Positions 45,116-54,311 of a stretch of DNA of 54,599 nt are shown piece by piece (position 1 is the first letter of the stretch; each line of letters starts with the position of its first letter). The DNA lies in assembly GCA_005788265.1 (NCBI GenBank), contig SXYR01000101.1, forward strand, positions 1-54,599, read 5' to 3'. Under the pieces are notes generated by a model. The model searched no databases and was not told where the DNA came from. It worked only from the letters and a program-made list of their open reading frames with translations. The translations under genes and the position numbers were made by a program. Source of the stretch: Bacteroidota bacterium. GTDB taxonomy: Bacteria > Bacteroidota > Bacteroidia > Chitinophagales > Chitinophagaceae.

Positions 45116-45907
45116 ATGAGGATGTTGATTTGGTGGGCATGTATGCCGTTGTTTTCCATTGCTCAAAATGATTGGGAGCAGCTCATGCAACCGAGCAGTA
45201 TTTTGCAACATAAAGTATTTCAGTCCAATCCCTTTATCCATCACACAGCTGTCGGGGGACTGGCTTTTTCAGATTCCAGTTCGGTAGGAATTTCAGTTGA
45301 AAATAAATATTTGATCACCTCTCTCTCAAAACTCAATATCAGTGCACAGTTCAAAACGCTGCATGGTGGATTGAGCATTCACATGAATACCATGGCGAAT
45401 GAAATATTCAGCGGAGTCTCAATGGGTATGGGGTACGGCATCAGGCTTTCCAAAACACTGGGAATCGGAGTTGGCGGAAAAGTGAAAAGAGATCAATTCA
45501 GAGGATTTGTACCATTCTTTATCCTTTCACCACAACTGGGCCTCTTGTATCTTTTTGCAAAAAAAGGAAGCATTTCAGTCCACCTGAGAAAATTGATAAA
45601 ACCAAACGTCCATCCATTTTACAAAGAATTTGGAAATATTTCCTCCTGTATTAATTATCAGATTGCTGAGCAGGTCGAAGTGGGTCTCGAAATCACAAAT
45701 GATTTCAGAGATAAATCAAATCTCAATATATACACAGAATGGAGTCCTACAAATCAACTCCAAACCTACCTTTATTACCGAACAAACAGCACAGAAATAC
45801 AAACAGGAATTGTTTACAGCCTGAAGCGATTGGGCATGGGCATGGGTATTTCAAATCACCCCTTTCTGGGGAGTTCAGCATTTATCATGTTGCACCATGG
45901 ATTTTAA
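45116..45907 (+). CDS. Hypothetical protein, probable outer-membrane beta-barrel
   Basis: Short signal peptide (..SIA-Q), alternating amphipathic Gly/aromatic strands, C-terminal Phe; overlaps the next gene. Confidence 0.6.
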   Translation: MRMLIWWACMPLFSIAQNDWEQLMQPSSILQHKVFQSNPFIHHTAVGGLAFSDSSSVGISVENKYLITSLSKLNISAQFKTLHGGLSIHMNTMANEIFSGVSMGMGYGIRLSKTLGIGVGGKVKRDQFRGFVPFFILSPQLGLLYLFAKKGSISVHLRKLIKPNVHPFYKEFGNISSCINYQIAEQVEVGLEITNDFRDKSNLNIYTEWSPTNQLQTYLYYRTNSTEIQTGIVYSLKRLGMGMGISNHPFLGSSAFIMLHHGF

Positions 45908-47882
45908 AAGACCATTGCGTTGGATAATACTGCTTGCTTTGTATGGAGCTGGTTCCAGTCATCTACATGCACAAGATCTGCTTTCAAAACAAATCGAAGA
46001 GCAGGACCAAATAAATGAGAACACCGAAGAAGATCTAAACAAATTAATTGGTGTTGAGCCTACCAAAAGAAAAAATATCAACAATGCATCGTTTGAATCA
46101 TTGCAAGCACTGGGAATTTTAACGATCATCCAAATAAATTCATTCTTTGAATACAAGAGGGAAATGGGTGATTTTGTAAGCATCTATGAATTGCAGGCAA
46201 TTCCCAACTGGGATATACCCTTGATAAAGGAAGTAATGAAATGGTATGTGCCACAACTCATTTCAGATGCAAGGTCATCGGGCAGCAATCAAGCAGAACA
46301 ACAACTCCTGTTTCGCATTGGAAGATCCGGTAGCAGTACAACCCTGGAACACTCCTATACAAGAGGGTTAAAACAAACGTTGTTTTACAGATACAACAAT
46401 CCCCTGAATACTTCAATCGGCCTGTCGGCCGAAAAAGACGCAGGAGAAAAAAACATCCTTGATTTTACCAGTGGATATATCCAGAAAGAGCATTTTTCCG
46501 TTTTTCAAAAAATCATAGCCGGTGATTATTTGTTGAGCATGGGACAAGGCATGATACAGTGGCAAGGGTATGCATTCGGTAAAGGATCGAACATCATGAG
46601 CATCATGCGTCAACCACCACATATCAAGCCACATACGGGTACAGAAGAAAATCGATTTTTCAGGGGGATGGCATTTGAAACAGGACAAAGAAATACTCAA
46701 TTTTACTGCTTCATCAGCAAAAAAGGACTGGATGCGAATATCATCATGGACAGTGCATCAAAACAACAATGGGTCAGTTCGCTTCAATTGACTGGGCTGC
46801 ACAGGAATGAATCAGAAATGGAAGACAGGAAATCATTGAAAACTTTTCATACGGGATTCATCGTCAAACATCATCTCAAATCCGGACATATCGCTTTGAA
46901 TGGCATTTACACTCACCTGAATACCCCCATACAAAAAAGAGCATTGCCCTATAATACCTATAGCATCAAAGGAGACGAATGGTACAATATCAGCGGCGAT
47001 TTTATACTATCCACAAAATTGGGTACCGCTTTTGGAGAGATGGCAATCGACAAACAATTTTCAACCGGTACTTTGTTTGGATTTTTAAAAAATCTGAATC
47101 GGAAAGTTGATATTGGATTGCAATGGAGAAATATTTCAAAGTCTTACAATGCATTTTCACCCAATATCGTTGCCCATCAATCTGTCGCAGGCAATGAAAG
47201 GGGGCTTTACCTTGGCATCAATCTGAAATTGAACAACAGAGACAGGTTGGAAACATTTGTTGATCGCTTTATTCATCCATTCCCGGTATTCAGTGCAAAT
47301 GGTCCGCAACGGGGAATTACACATGCCCTGACCTATGCCGTCAATCCAACAAAAAAATGGGATATATATATAAGAGTCATCCAAAAAAGAAAAATAGAAA
47401 ATACAAGATCGAATCAATCAAAGTCATTCTTTTTGTCGGAAAACCAATCACTCCACTTGAGAATACACGCTGGATTTCACATCAATGATGCAATAGAGCT
47501 TAGAATCAGGAATGAGTTGCTCTCAAGAAAAGATGGAGCCGGAAACAATTGTTATGGATGGTTGACTTACGCGGAACTAATTTTCCATCCTATTTTACAA
47601 TCTTACAGTATAAGTATGCGAACGACTTATTTCAATACGGATGGATTTGATGCCGCCATTTACAGCATGGAGCGAGATATCCCACATTATTATGCGATGA
47701 ACTCATATTTCAACAGAGGGAATTCAAGTTATCTGCTCTTTCAAACGAAGATTACCAATCAGATTCATTTCGCCGGTAAATGGACCATTGAAAAAAAATA
47801 TTTCCCTTCGCATAACACCACAAGTCATTTCAATGCCCTTGTTCAGTCTTCATGGAGGCTGCAAGCGACAATAAAATTCTAG
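45897..47882 (+). CDS. ComEA-like helix-hairpin-helix domain plus probable beta-barrel outer-membrane protein
   Basis: Signal peptide (LHA-Q); NINNASFESLQAL......I...FEY....G.F.SIYELQAIP HhH_3-like motif; EKDAGE, GDY....GQG; C-terminal WRLQATIKF beta-signal. Confidence 0.75.
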   Translation: MDFKRPLRWIILLALYGAGSSHLHAQDLLSKQIEEQDQINENTEEDLNKLIGVEPTKRKNINNASFESLQALGILTIIQINSFFEYKREMGDFVSIYELQAIPNWDIPLIKEVMKWYVPQLISDARSSGSNQAEQQLLFRIGRSGSSTTLEHSYTRGLKQTLFYRYNNPLNTSIGLSAEKDAGEKNILDFTSGYIQKEHFSVFQKIIAGDYLLSMGQGMIQWQGYAFGKGSNIMSIMRQPPHIKPHTGTEENRFFRGMAFETGQRNTQFYCFISKKGLDANIIMDSASKQQWVSSLQLTGLHRNESEMEDRKSLKTFHTGFIVKHHLKSGHIALNGIYTHLNTPIQKRALPYNTYSIKGDEWYNISGDFILSTKLGTAFGEMAIDKQFSTGTLFGFLKNLNRKVDIGLQWRNISKSYNAFSPNIVAHQSVAGNERGLYLGINLKLNNRDRLETFVDRFIHPFPVFSANGPQRGITHALTYAVNPTKKWDIYIRVIQKRKIENTRSNQSKSFFLSENQSLHLRIHAGFHINDAIELRIRNELLSRKDGAGNNCYGWLTYAELIFHPILQSYSISMRTTYFNTDGFDAAIYSMERDIPHYYAMNSYFNRGNSSYLLFQTKITNQIHFAGKWTIEKKYFPSHNTTSHFNALVQSSWRLQATIKF

Positions 47883-47884
47883 TG

Positions 47885-47892
47885 TATATTTG
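47885..47892 (+). promoter_or_regulatory. -7 element for the DUF3467 gene
   Basis: TATATTTG exact consensus, 19 nt before ATG 47912. Confidence 0.6.
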
Positions 47893-47911
47893 TCCATCAA
47901 ATTGAATCAGT

Positions 47912-48223
47912 ATGAGCGAGCAACAAGTCCCCAATCAATTGAATATTGAAATATCAGAAGAGATGGCAGAGGGTCAATATGCCAACTTGGCCATCATCAC
48001 CCATAGCCATGCAGAATTTGTAGTTGATTTTGTCAATGTGATGCCAGGCACTCCTAAAAGCCGTGTAAAGTCCAGGATCATACTGACTCCTCAGCATGCC
48101 AAACGCCTGTTGCATGCACTGCAAGAAAATGTTGAGAAATTTGAGGTTGCACATGGAACCATCAAAGACTTTGAAGAGGTTCAAATACCTTTTCAGTATG
48201 CGGGACCCGTGGCTCAGGCTTGA
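47912..48223 (+). CDS. DUF3467 domain-containing protein
   Basis: QLNIE...E.AEG.YANLAII.HS..EFVVDF..MPG.PK..VKSRIILTPQHAKRLL.AL..N. Confidence 0.85.
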   Translation: MSEQQVPNQLNIEISEEMAEGQYANLAIITHSHAEFVVDFVNVMPGTPKSRVKSRIILTPQHAKRLLHALQENVEKFEVAHGTIKDFEEVQIPFQYAGPVAQA

Positions 48224-49114
48224 TCAGCTGAATGAGTCTACTTCGATGTTCTTGTTGATTTTTGATATAAGTCCTTGCAGCACTTTGCCTGGACCAACTT
48301 CGGTGAATTTGGTCGCGCCATCCTTGATCATCGCTTCGATGGATTGGGTCCAACGAACAGGACCGGTCAGTTGATCAATTAAATTTTGCTTGATCTGATC
48401 TGGATCAATTACAGCTTTCGCCACCACGTTTTGATATACCGGGCATACCGGACGATGGAAGGTTGTCTTTTGTATGGCTGCAGATAATTCTTCTTTTGCA
48501 GACTCCATCAAAGGTGAATGGAATGCACCGCCTACTGGAAGTTTCAATGCTCTTTTTGCACCCGCTGCCTTCATCCTTTCACAAGCAATGTCAATCCCGG
48601 CATTTGTTCCACTTATCACAAGTTGGCCTGGACAATTGTAATTGGCAGGAACAACCATTTCGCCTGTATCTTCAACAATAGACTTGCAGATTTCTTCTGC
48701 CTTTGCTTCATCCAAAGCCAATACTGCTGCCATGGAGGAAGGATTTGCCTCACATGCCTTTTGCATGGCTGAAGCCCTGACACTTACCAATTGAAGTGCA
48801 TCTTCAAATGTCAAGGTACCATTCACAACCAGGGATGAAAATTCGCCCAAAGAATGTCCAGCTACCATATGCGGCGTAGTATTATCCAACATCTTATATG
48901 CGATGACAGAATGGAGAAAAATGGCAGGTTGGGTGACGTTCGTTTGCTTTAGATCTTCCTCAGTTCCGTTGAACATGAGATCAGAAATCTTGAAACCTAA
49001 AATATCATTGGCTTGTTCAAAGAAACGTCTTGCAAATGCATTGGATTCGAAGTGGTCTTTTCCCATGCCCGGATATTGGGAGCCTTGGCCTGGGAATACG
49101 TAAGCATGTATCAT
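48224..49114 (-). CDS. fabD: Malonyl CoA-ACP transacylase
   Basis: FPGQGSQ, TQPA, GHSLGE, AN.NCPGQ.VISG, GAFHS, EVGPG. Confidence 0.97.
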   Translation of the reverse strand: MIHAYVFPGQGSQYPGMGKDHFESNAFARRFFEQANDILGFKISDLMFNGTEEDLKQTNVTQPAIFLHSVIAYKMLDNTTPHMVAGHSLGEFSSLVVNGTLTFEDALQLVSVRASAMQKACEANPSSMAAVLALDEAKAEEICKSIVEDTGEMVVPANYNCPGQLVISGTNAGIDIACERMKAAGAKRALKLPVGGAFHSPLMESAKEELSAAIQKTTFHRPVCPVYQNVVAKAVIDPDQIKQNLIDQLTGPVRWTQSIEAMIKDGATKFTEVGPGKVLQGLISKINKNIEVDSFS

Positions 49115-49182
49115 TGGTTGGATTGGGAGCGCAATTTACTAAAAAGAAAAGAGAGGGTCAAATTAATTGGTACGCACTTGTA

Positions 49183-49779
49183 TCAGTGTAGCTTGGAACC
49201 AATGAGACGGATGAATTCGCTTCTGGTCTCATTTTTCTGAAACTGGCCACAAAATGCAGATGTGGTTGTAACTGAGTTTTGCTTTTGTACACCCCTCATC
49301 ATCATACAAAGGTGTGATGCTTCAATAACAACTGCAACACCCAATGGATTCAATGTTTCTTGAATAATATTGAGGATCTGAGTTGTCAATCTTTCCTGTA
49401 CCTGCAACCTTCGGCTGTAAGCATCCACTACTCTTGCAATTTTACTCAAACCAGTAATTACGCCGTTGGGTATGTATGCAACATGTGCCTTTCCATAAAA
49501 AGGCAACATATGATGTTCGCATAAACTATATAGTTCAATGTCCTTTACCAGAATCATCTCATTTACATCTTCATGGAATTTAGCAGATTCAAGTATTGCC
49601 TTGGCATCGATCTGATAACCATGTGTCAGGTATTGCATGGACTTGGCAACTCTTTCAGGAGTTTTCAACAAACCTTCTCGATGGGGATCTTCGCCCAGAA
49701 GTTCAATTGATTCTCTATAACTTTTGATGAGACCTGAGGTTATTTTATTTTCAAACTGCTCATCCTTTGTATATGCCAT
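49183..49779 (-). CDS. folE: GTP cyclohydrolase I
   Basis: [43 protein letters not shown]. Confidence 0.97.
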   Translation of the reverse strand: MAYTKDEQFENKITSGLIKSYRESIELLGEDPHREGLLKTPERVAKSMQYLTHGYQIDAKAILESAKFHEDVNEMILVKDIELYSLCEHHMLPFYGKAHVAYIPNGVITGLSKIARVVDAYSRRLQVQERLTTQILNIIQETLNPLGVAVVIEASHLCMMMRGVQKQNSVTTTSAFCGQFQKNETRSEFIRLIGSKLH

Positions 49780-49797
49780 GACCTAATTAATTGGTTT

Positions 49798-50214
49798 TTA
49801 TGAAGTAGGGTACTCGACGAAATTACGCGGAGTTTCATATAAACGTATCTGTAGGTCCAATTGTTCACTCAAAAGAGGTCTTAAAATATTAAATATGACG
49901 ATGGCGATGTTCTCAGCGGTGGGATTCAAGTTGCTGAATTCAGGTACATCCAAATTCAAATTTCGATGATCAAACTTGGAGATAACATGCTCATTTACAA
50001 GGTTGGAAAGTATTTTTGTATCAACCACATAGCCTGTACGCGGATCAATTTCACCGGTTACTTTTAGGATCAATTCATAATTATGCCCATGATAGTTGGG
50101 AAGATTGCATTTCCCAAACAAACGTTGATTTTCATCTTGCGGCAACGAAGGATTGTGCAGCCGATGTGCCGCATTGAAATGCTCTTTTCTATATACAGCA
50201 ACTCTATTCGCCAT
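49798..50214 (-). CDS. 6-pyruvoyl-tetrahydropterin synthase / QueD family (COG0720), paralog 2
   Basis: FNAAHRL, GKCNLPNYHGHNY (CX5HGH), DHRNLN, PTAEN, ETP. Start moved to ATG 50214. Confidence 0.9.
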   Translation of the reverse strand: MANRVAVYRKEHFNAAHRLHNPSLPQDENQRLFGKCNLPNYHGHNYELILKVTGEIDPRTGYVVDTKILSNLVNEHVISKFDHRNLNLDVPEFSNLNPTAENIAIVIFNILRPLLSEQLDLQIRLYETPRNFVEYPTS

Positions 50215-50620
50215 AGTATTCAACAAAGATTCTAGGTGTTTCTACCAACTTGATGCAATGCAAAGATACCCCTTCGGGAATATGGGGCATCAACTCATTC
50301 CATATACCGAAGACGAGGTTTTCAATTGAACAAAGCTTGTCTTTCATGAAGGGAACATCCAAATTCAGGTTGCGATGATCCAACACGTCAACCACATGAT
50401 CCTTGATAATCGAGCTCAACAACTTCGCATCTACAATAAATCCCGTAGCAGGATTGGGTACCCCCTTCACAGTCACATAGAGTTCAAAATTATGCCCATG
50501 CCAGTTGTCATTGGCGCATTTGCCAAACACCTCTTCGTTTTTATCACGACTCCATGCGGGATTGTACAGCTTGTGGGCAGCGTTGAAGTGTTCTTTTCGG
50601 GTAAGATAAAAAATTGCCAT
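50204..50620 (-). CDS. 6-pyruvoyl-tetrahydropterin synthase / QueD family (COG0720), paralog 1
   Basis: FNAAHKL, GKCANDNWHGHNF (CX5HGH), DHRNLN, SIEN, ETP; TAACTTTG promoter box at 50635-50642. Confidence 0.9.
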   Translation of the reverse strand: MAIFYLTRKEHFNAAHKLYNPAWSRDKNEEVFGKCANDNWHGHNFELYVTVKGVPNPATGFIVDAKLLSSIIKDHVVDVLDHRNLNLDVPFMKDKLCSIENLVFGIWNELMPHIPEGVSLHCIKLVETPRIFVEYYGE

Positions 50621-50666
50621 AAATAACAGGGATGCAAAGTTAATCTGAAATGCTGAACTTTGCTAC

Positions 50667-51305
50667 ATGAAAATAATGGTCGTAGCTGCTACAGAATTGG
50701 AACTGCAATGCACATTGGACATAAAGCACCTTGCATCGATAACATTGATGAAAGAATTGCATGGCATTGGACAAGTTCCCACCACCTACCATGTGACACA
50801 ACTCATAGACAAGCATCAGCCCGATATCATGATTCAAATTGGTATTGGAGGTGGATTCGCTTTCGATCAAATACTTGGTGAGGCTGTTGCTGTCGAAACA
50901 GAGTATTTTGCTGATCTAGGCGTTGAGGAGAAGGGAAATTTTCACTCAATTTTTGACATGAAACTGGCCGATCAAAATGCTTTCCCATTCAATGAAAAAA
51001 AACTATCCAATCCGCACAGCAATTTGCTTGAAAAAGTCAAATTGAAAACAGTCAGTGCCATTACAGTAAACCAAATCACCACTTCTAAAAATCAAATTGA
51101 ATACTACCAAGAAGCATACTGCCCATTTATTGAATCTATGGAAGGTGCTGCATTTCATTATTGCTGTCTGATGAAAAAGATACCTTTTCTTCAAATCAGG
51201 GCTGTCTCTAACCATGTGGGAGAAAGAGATAAAAGCAAATGGGAAATTGAAAAATCTATTCAATCACTGAAAAACTCATTGAATATATTTTTGAAAAATA
51301 TATAA
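50667..51305 (+). CDS. mqnB: Futalosine hydrolase
   Basis: VVAATELE, GIG, GIGG, ADLG.E, TVN, ESMEGAA, QIRAVSN.V..RD...W; directly upstream of mqnD. Confidence 0.85.
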   Translation: MKIMVVAATELELQCTLDIKHLASITLMKELHGIGQVPTTYHVTQLIDKHQPDIMIQIGIGGGFAFDQILGEAVAVETEYFADLGVEEKGNFHSIFDMKLADQNAFPFNEKKLSNPHSNLLEKVKLKTVSAITVNQITTSKNQIEYYQEAYCPFIESMEGAAFHYCCLMKKIPFLQIRAVSNHVGERDKSKWEIEKSIQSLKNSLNIFLKNI

Positions 51306-51311
51306 AATATC

Positions 51312-52151
51312 ATGAAACTAAGCTTAGGCATATCTCCTTGTCCTAATGACACCTTCATTTTTGATGCCATGCTGCATGGCAAGGTTGATACTGAGGGATT
51401 GAAATTTGAATACCAACTCGAAGATATTGAAACCCTCAATAAAATGGCGATGACAGGTGATTTGGATCTTACGAAAGTGAGTTACGGGGCATTGGCCAGG
51501 GTGTTGGTTCACTACAAGGTCTTGGATGCAGGTGGCGCATTGGGCGTGGGAGTGGGACCGCTTTTGGTTTCCAGTAAAGCTTCCGATATCGCAGCGCTTG
51601 ATCCCAATCTGTCCACCATTGTTTTACCTGGGGCATATACAACAGCACATCTTCTTTTTCATTTGTCGCACCCTGGATTCAAGAAAAAAATCTTCATGCC
51701 TTTTCATCACATCGAGCAGGCTGTTTTGAATGGAGAGGCAGATGCGGGAGTAATTATACATGAAAACAGGTTCACATATGCCGAGAGGGGATTGCAAAAG
51801 ATAGAGGACCTGGGTGATTCGTGGGAAGCCAAAACCGGATTTCCAATTCCACTTGGTGGAATCCTTGCCAAAAGACATTTCGATATCGAATTATTGAAAA
51901 AAATAAACAGGGTAATCAAAAGCAGCATTGAACACGCCTTCGCACACCGGGCGCAGTTGCCTTCTTTTGTGGTTGATCATGCCCAAAGCATGAATACAGA
52001 TGTAATGAATCAACATATTGATCTTTATGTAAATGAATATTCACTTGGACTCGGATCGAAGGGAAGAGCAGCAGTATGGAAATTACTTGAACTGGCTTCT
52101 GCACTGCATCCAGTTCCTCAAAACAGCAACTTTGAAGTATTCGTAGATTGA
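51312..52151 (+). CDS. mqnD: 1,4-dihydroxy-6-naphthoate synthase
   Basis: SPCPNDTFIF, DIETLN, GGALG.G.GP, PG..TTA, IIHENRFTY, DLG..WE..TG.PIPLG, HI.LYVN. Confidence 0.93.
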   Translation: MKLSLGISPCPNDTFIFDAMLHGKVDTEGLKFEYQLEDIETLNKMAMTGDLDLTKVSYGALARVLVHYKVLDAGGALGVGVGPLLVSSKASDIAALDPNLSTIVLPGAYTTAHLLFHLSHPGFKKKIFMPFHHIEQAVLNGEADAGVIIHENRFTYAERGLQKIEDLGDSWEAKTGFPIPLGGILAKRHFDIELLKKINRVIKSSIEHAFAHRAQLPSFVVDHAQSMNTDVMNQHIDLYVNEYSLGLGSKGRAAVWKLLELASALHPVPQNSNFEVFVD

Positions 52152-52787
52152 TTAAAACAAACCGTAGAGCTCGGCGTCAATTTTTGCAATAATTTTTCCA
52201 AGATCCTCTTCGTTTTCAGCAAACTTGTTTTCATCCACATTGACCACCAACAATGGACCTTCTTTGTATCCCTCAATCCACTTGTTGTAAAACTCATTGA
52301 GTCTTTTCAAATAATCCAGGCGGATATTTTCCTCATACTCTCTACCTCTTTTTTGTATTTGTCCCACCAGTGTAGGAACCGATGCTTGCAGGTAAATCAA
52401 CAAATCTGGTGGCTTTACCATTTGACGAAGGTTTTGAAAAAAATCAAAATAATTTTCGAAATCACGCTTGCTCATCAACCCCATTTCATGAAGATTCGGA
52501 GCAAAAATATATGCATCTTCATAGATGGTTCGGTCTTGGATGACGGTTTCGGTACCCTTGCTGATCTCGATCAGCTGGTTCAATCGGCTGTTTAAAAAAT
52601 AGATTTGAAGATTGAAGCTCCATCTGGGCATGTCTTCGTAGAAGTCATAGAGATATGGGTTTTGATCCACATCTTCAAATTGCGGTATCCAGCGGTAGTG
52701 TTTGCTTAGAATTTCAGTGAGCGTTGTTTTACCTGCACCTATATTTCCTGCAATAGCAACATGTTTTGGTTTCTTAGCTTTGGCCAT
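52152..52787 (-). CDS. Deoxynucleoside kinase (dAK/dGK family)
   Basis: P-loop AGNIGAGKT, NPYL.DFY, LQIYFL..R, DRTIYED, PDLLIYL, RGREYE. Confidence 0.92.
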   Translation of the reverse strand: MAKAKKPKHVAIAGNIGAGKTTLTEILSKHYRWIPQFEDVDQNPYLYDFYEDMPRWSFNLQIYFLNSRLNQLIEISKGTETVIQDRTIYEDAYIFAPNLHEMGLMSKRDFENYFDFFQNLRQMVKPPDLLIYLQASVPTLVGQIQKRGREYEENIRLDYLKRLNEFYNKWIEGYKEGPLLVVNVDENKFAENEEDLGKIIAKIDAELYGLF

Positions 52788-52892
52788 GGTAACTTATTGT
52801 AACCCTTTTTTGAACAGCGTTCAAAGTACATATTCATTTTCAAATACCAAGATTTGAATGTATTTTTTTTTGATGATGTGGATATTATTCAA

Positions 52893-53894
52893 TCAATAAT
52901 GGAGCCCCATTGCTTCTCTTACCAAGTTCATTGTTTCTGAAGCACTTTTTCTTGCCTTTTCGGCACCTTTCTCCATGATGTCATGGAGATATGATTCATT
53001 CGTTCGGATGCTCTCTGCTTTTTCACGAATAGGTGAGATAAACTGCACCATATCCTCTGCCAATTGCTTTTTCATGTCACCATAACGTATGCTGCAGTCA
53101 TTGTATGCATTTTCATAATGTGCAATAACTTCGGTTGTGCTCACCAGCCGCATCAATTGAAAAATATTCTCAATATAATCAGGCTTTGCACTGTCGGGTG
53201 CAGTGGGTCCCCCATCGGTTTTCGCCTTCATCACTTTTTTTCTGATCACTTCATCCGTATCGGCCAGGTACAATGTTGCGAGCTGGTTTTCACTCTTGCT
53301 CATTTTACCCGTCCCATCCAAACTTGGCACTTTGACAAGATCTTCTCCAAAATTATAGGCCAAGGGTTCTGGAAAAACATTGCCATATCGATGGTTGAAT
53401 CGGTTCACGAAGTTCCTTGCCATTTCAAGGTGCTGTTCCTGGTCTTTCCCAACTGGCACCCAAGTTGCGCGATGCAAAATGATGTCTGCCGTCTGTAAAA
53501 CAGGATAGGTCAATAGCCCCGCATTGATATTATCAGGCTGCATCCTTGCCTTCTCTTTGAAGGTGGTCGTCTTTTCCAATTCTCCCAGATAAGCAAGCAT
53601 GTTGAGGTATAGATACAACTCTGAAGTCTCTCTGACATGACTTTGGCAGTAGAGCGCAGCCTTGTCGGGATCAATCCCGCAGGCAATATTTTCAGCAAGC
53701 ACTCTGTGCACATTTTCTTTGAGTTCTTTGGTGTCAGGGTGGGTGGTGAGGGCATGCAAATCGGCTACCATAAAAAAACATGTGTACTGATCTTGCAGCT
53801 TCACATAATTTCTCATCGCTCCAAAATAATTGCCTAAATGTAAAAAACCAGTAGGCCTGATTCCGCTCATTACAATTGCATTCGCCTTGCTCAT
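52893..53894 (-). CDS. trpS: Tryptophan--tRNA ligase
   Basis: SGIRPTG.LHLGNY, ADLHALT, YPVLQ.ADI, VPVGKDQ.QHLE, KMSKS. Start moved to ATG 53894. Confidence 0.97.
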   Translation of the reverse strand: MSKANAIVMSGIRPTGFLHLGNYFGAMRNYVKLQDQYTCFFMVADLHALTTHPDTKELKENVHRVLAENIACGIDPDKAALYCQSHVRETSELYLYLNMLAYLGELEKTTTFKEKARMQPDNINAGLLTYPVLQTADIILHRATWVPVGKDQEQHLEMARNFVNRFNHRYGNVFPEPLAYNFGEDLVKVPSLDGTGKMSKSENQLATLYLADTDEVIRKKVMKAKTDGGPTAPDSAKPDYIENIFQLMRLVSTTEVIAHYENAYNDCSIRYGDMKKQLAEDMVQFISPIREKAESIRTNESYLHDIMEKGAEKARKSASETMNLVREAMGLHY

Positions 53895-53898
53895 GCAG

Positions 53899-53906
53899 CA
53901 AATATA
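53899..53906 (-). promoter_or_regulatory. -7 element 4 nt before the trpS ATG
   Basis: TATATTTG, then CTGC-ATG. Confidence 0.65.
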
Positions 53907-54018
53907 AGAATTGTGCTTTACGGTAAAATACAAGGCAGCTTTGGCCGCCATTACCGCTCATCAAATATTGAAATTGATTGGATACATATTGACTAAATTT
54001 GTAGTTTGAAAAGGAATT

Positions 54019-54309
54019 ATGGCGCTCGATATTCAAACCACCAAAAAACTGGCTGAACTTGCCAAATTGGAGTTCAACAACGAAGAGTTGATTGAAATTC
54101 AGCATGATTTGGAGCAAATGATTGGCTTTGTTGAGAAGCTCAATGAAATTGATACTTCTCATGTAGAACCACTTACGCATATTACGGAGGGAGAGAATAC
54201 GTTGAGGGAAGATGAAGTAAAAGAATCCATTGATATCGAAACAGCACTTAAAAACGCTCCAGCATCCAGAGATCGTTTTTTCACAGTACCTAAAGTGATA
54301 AAAAAATAA
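54019..54309 (+). CDS. gatC: Asp-tRNA(Asn)/Glu-tRNA(Gln) amidotransferase subunit C
   Basis: LA.LAKL, L.EIDT..VEPL, LRED, NAP....FF.VPKV; TAAATTTG promoter box at 53994-54001. Confidence 0.93.
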   Translation: MALDIQTTKKLAELAKLEFNNEELIEIQHDLEQMIGFVEKLNEIDTSHVEPLTHITEGENTLREDEVKESIDIETALKNAPASRDRFFTVPKVIKK

Positions 54310-54311
54310 CC

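Noticed and set aside
43537-50620. queE, PTPS/QueD-like genes and folE as a 7-deazaguanine DNA-modification (dpd) system
   Set aside because: No dpdA/tgtA5 or other dpd genes, and the genes are interleaved with folD and fabD; ordinary tRNA queuosine and pterin metabolism explains them.
52808-52824. Short inverted repeat TTTGAAC-AGC-GTTCAAA between trpS and the deoxynucleoside kinase gene
   Set aside because: 7-bp AT-rich stem with no convincing U-tract on the coding (minus) strand; could be chance.
53895-54018. T-box or attenuator upstream of trpS
   Set aside because: No T-box motif or Trp-codon leader peptide seen, and a promoter box sits 4 nt from the ATG, leaving no leader.
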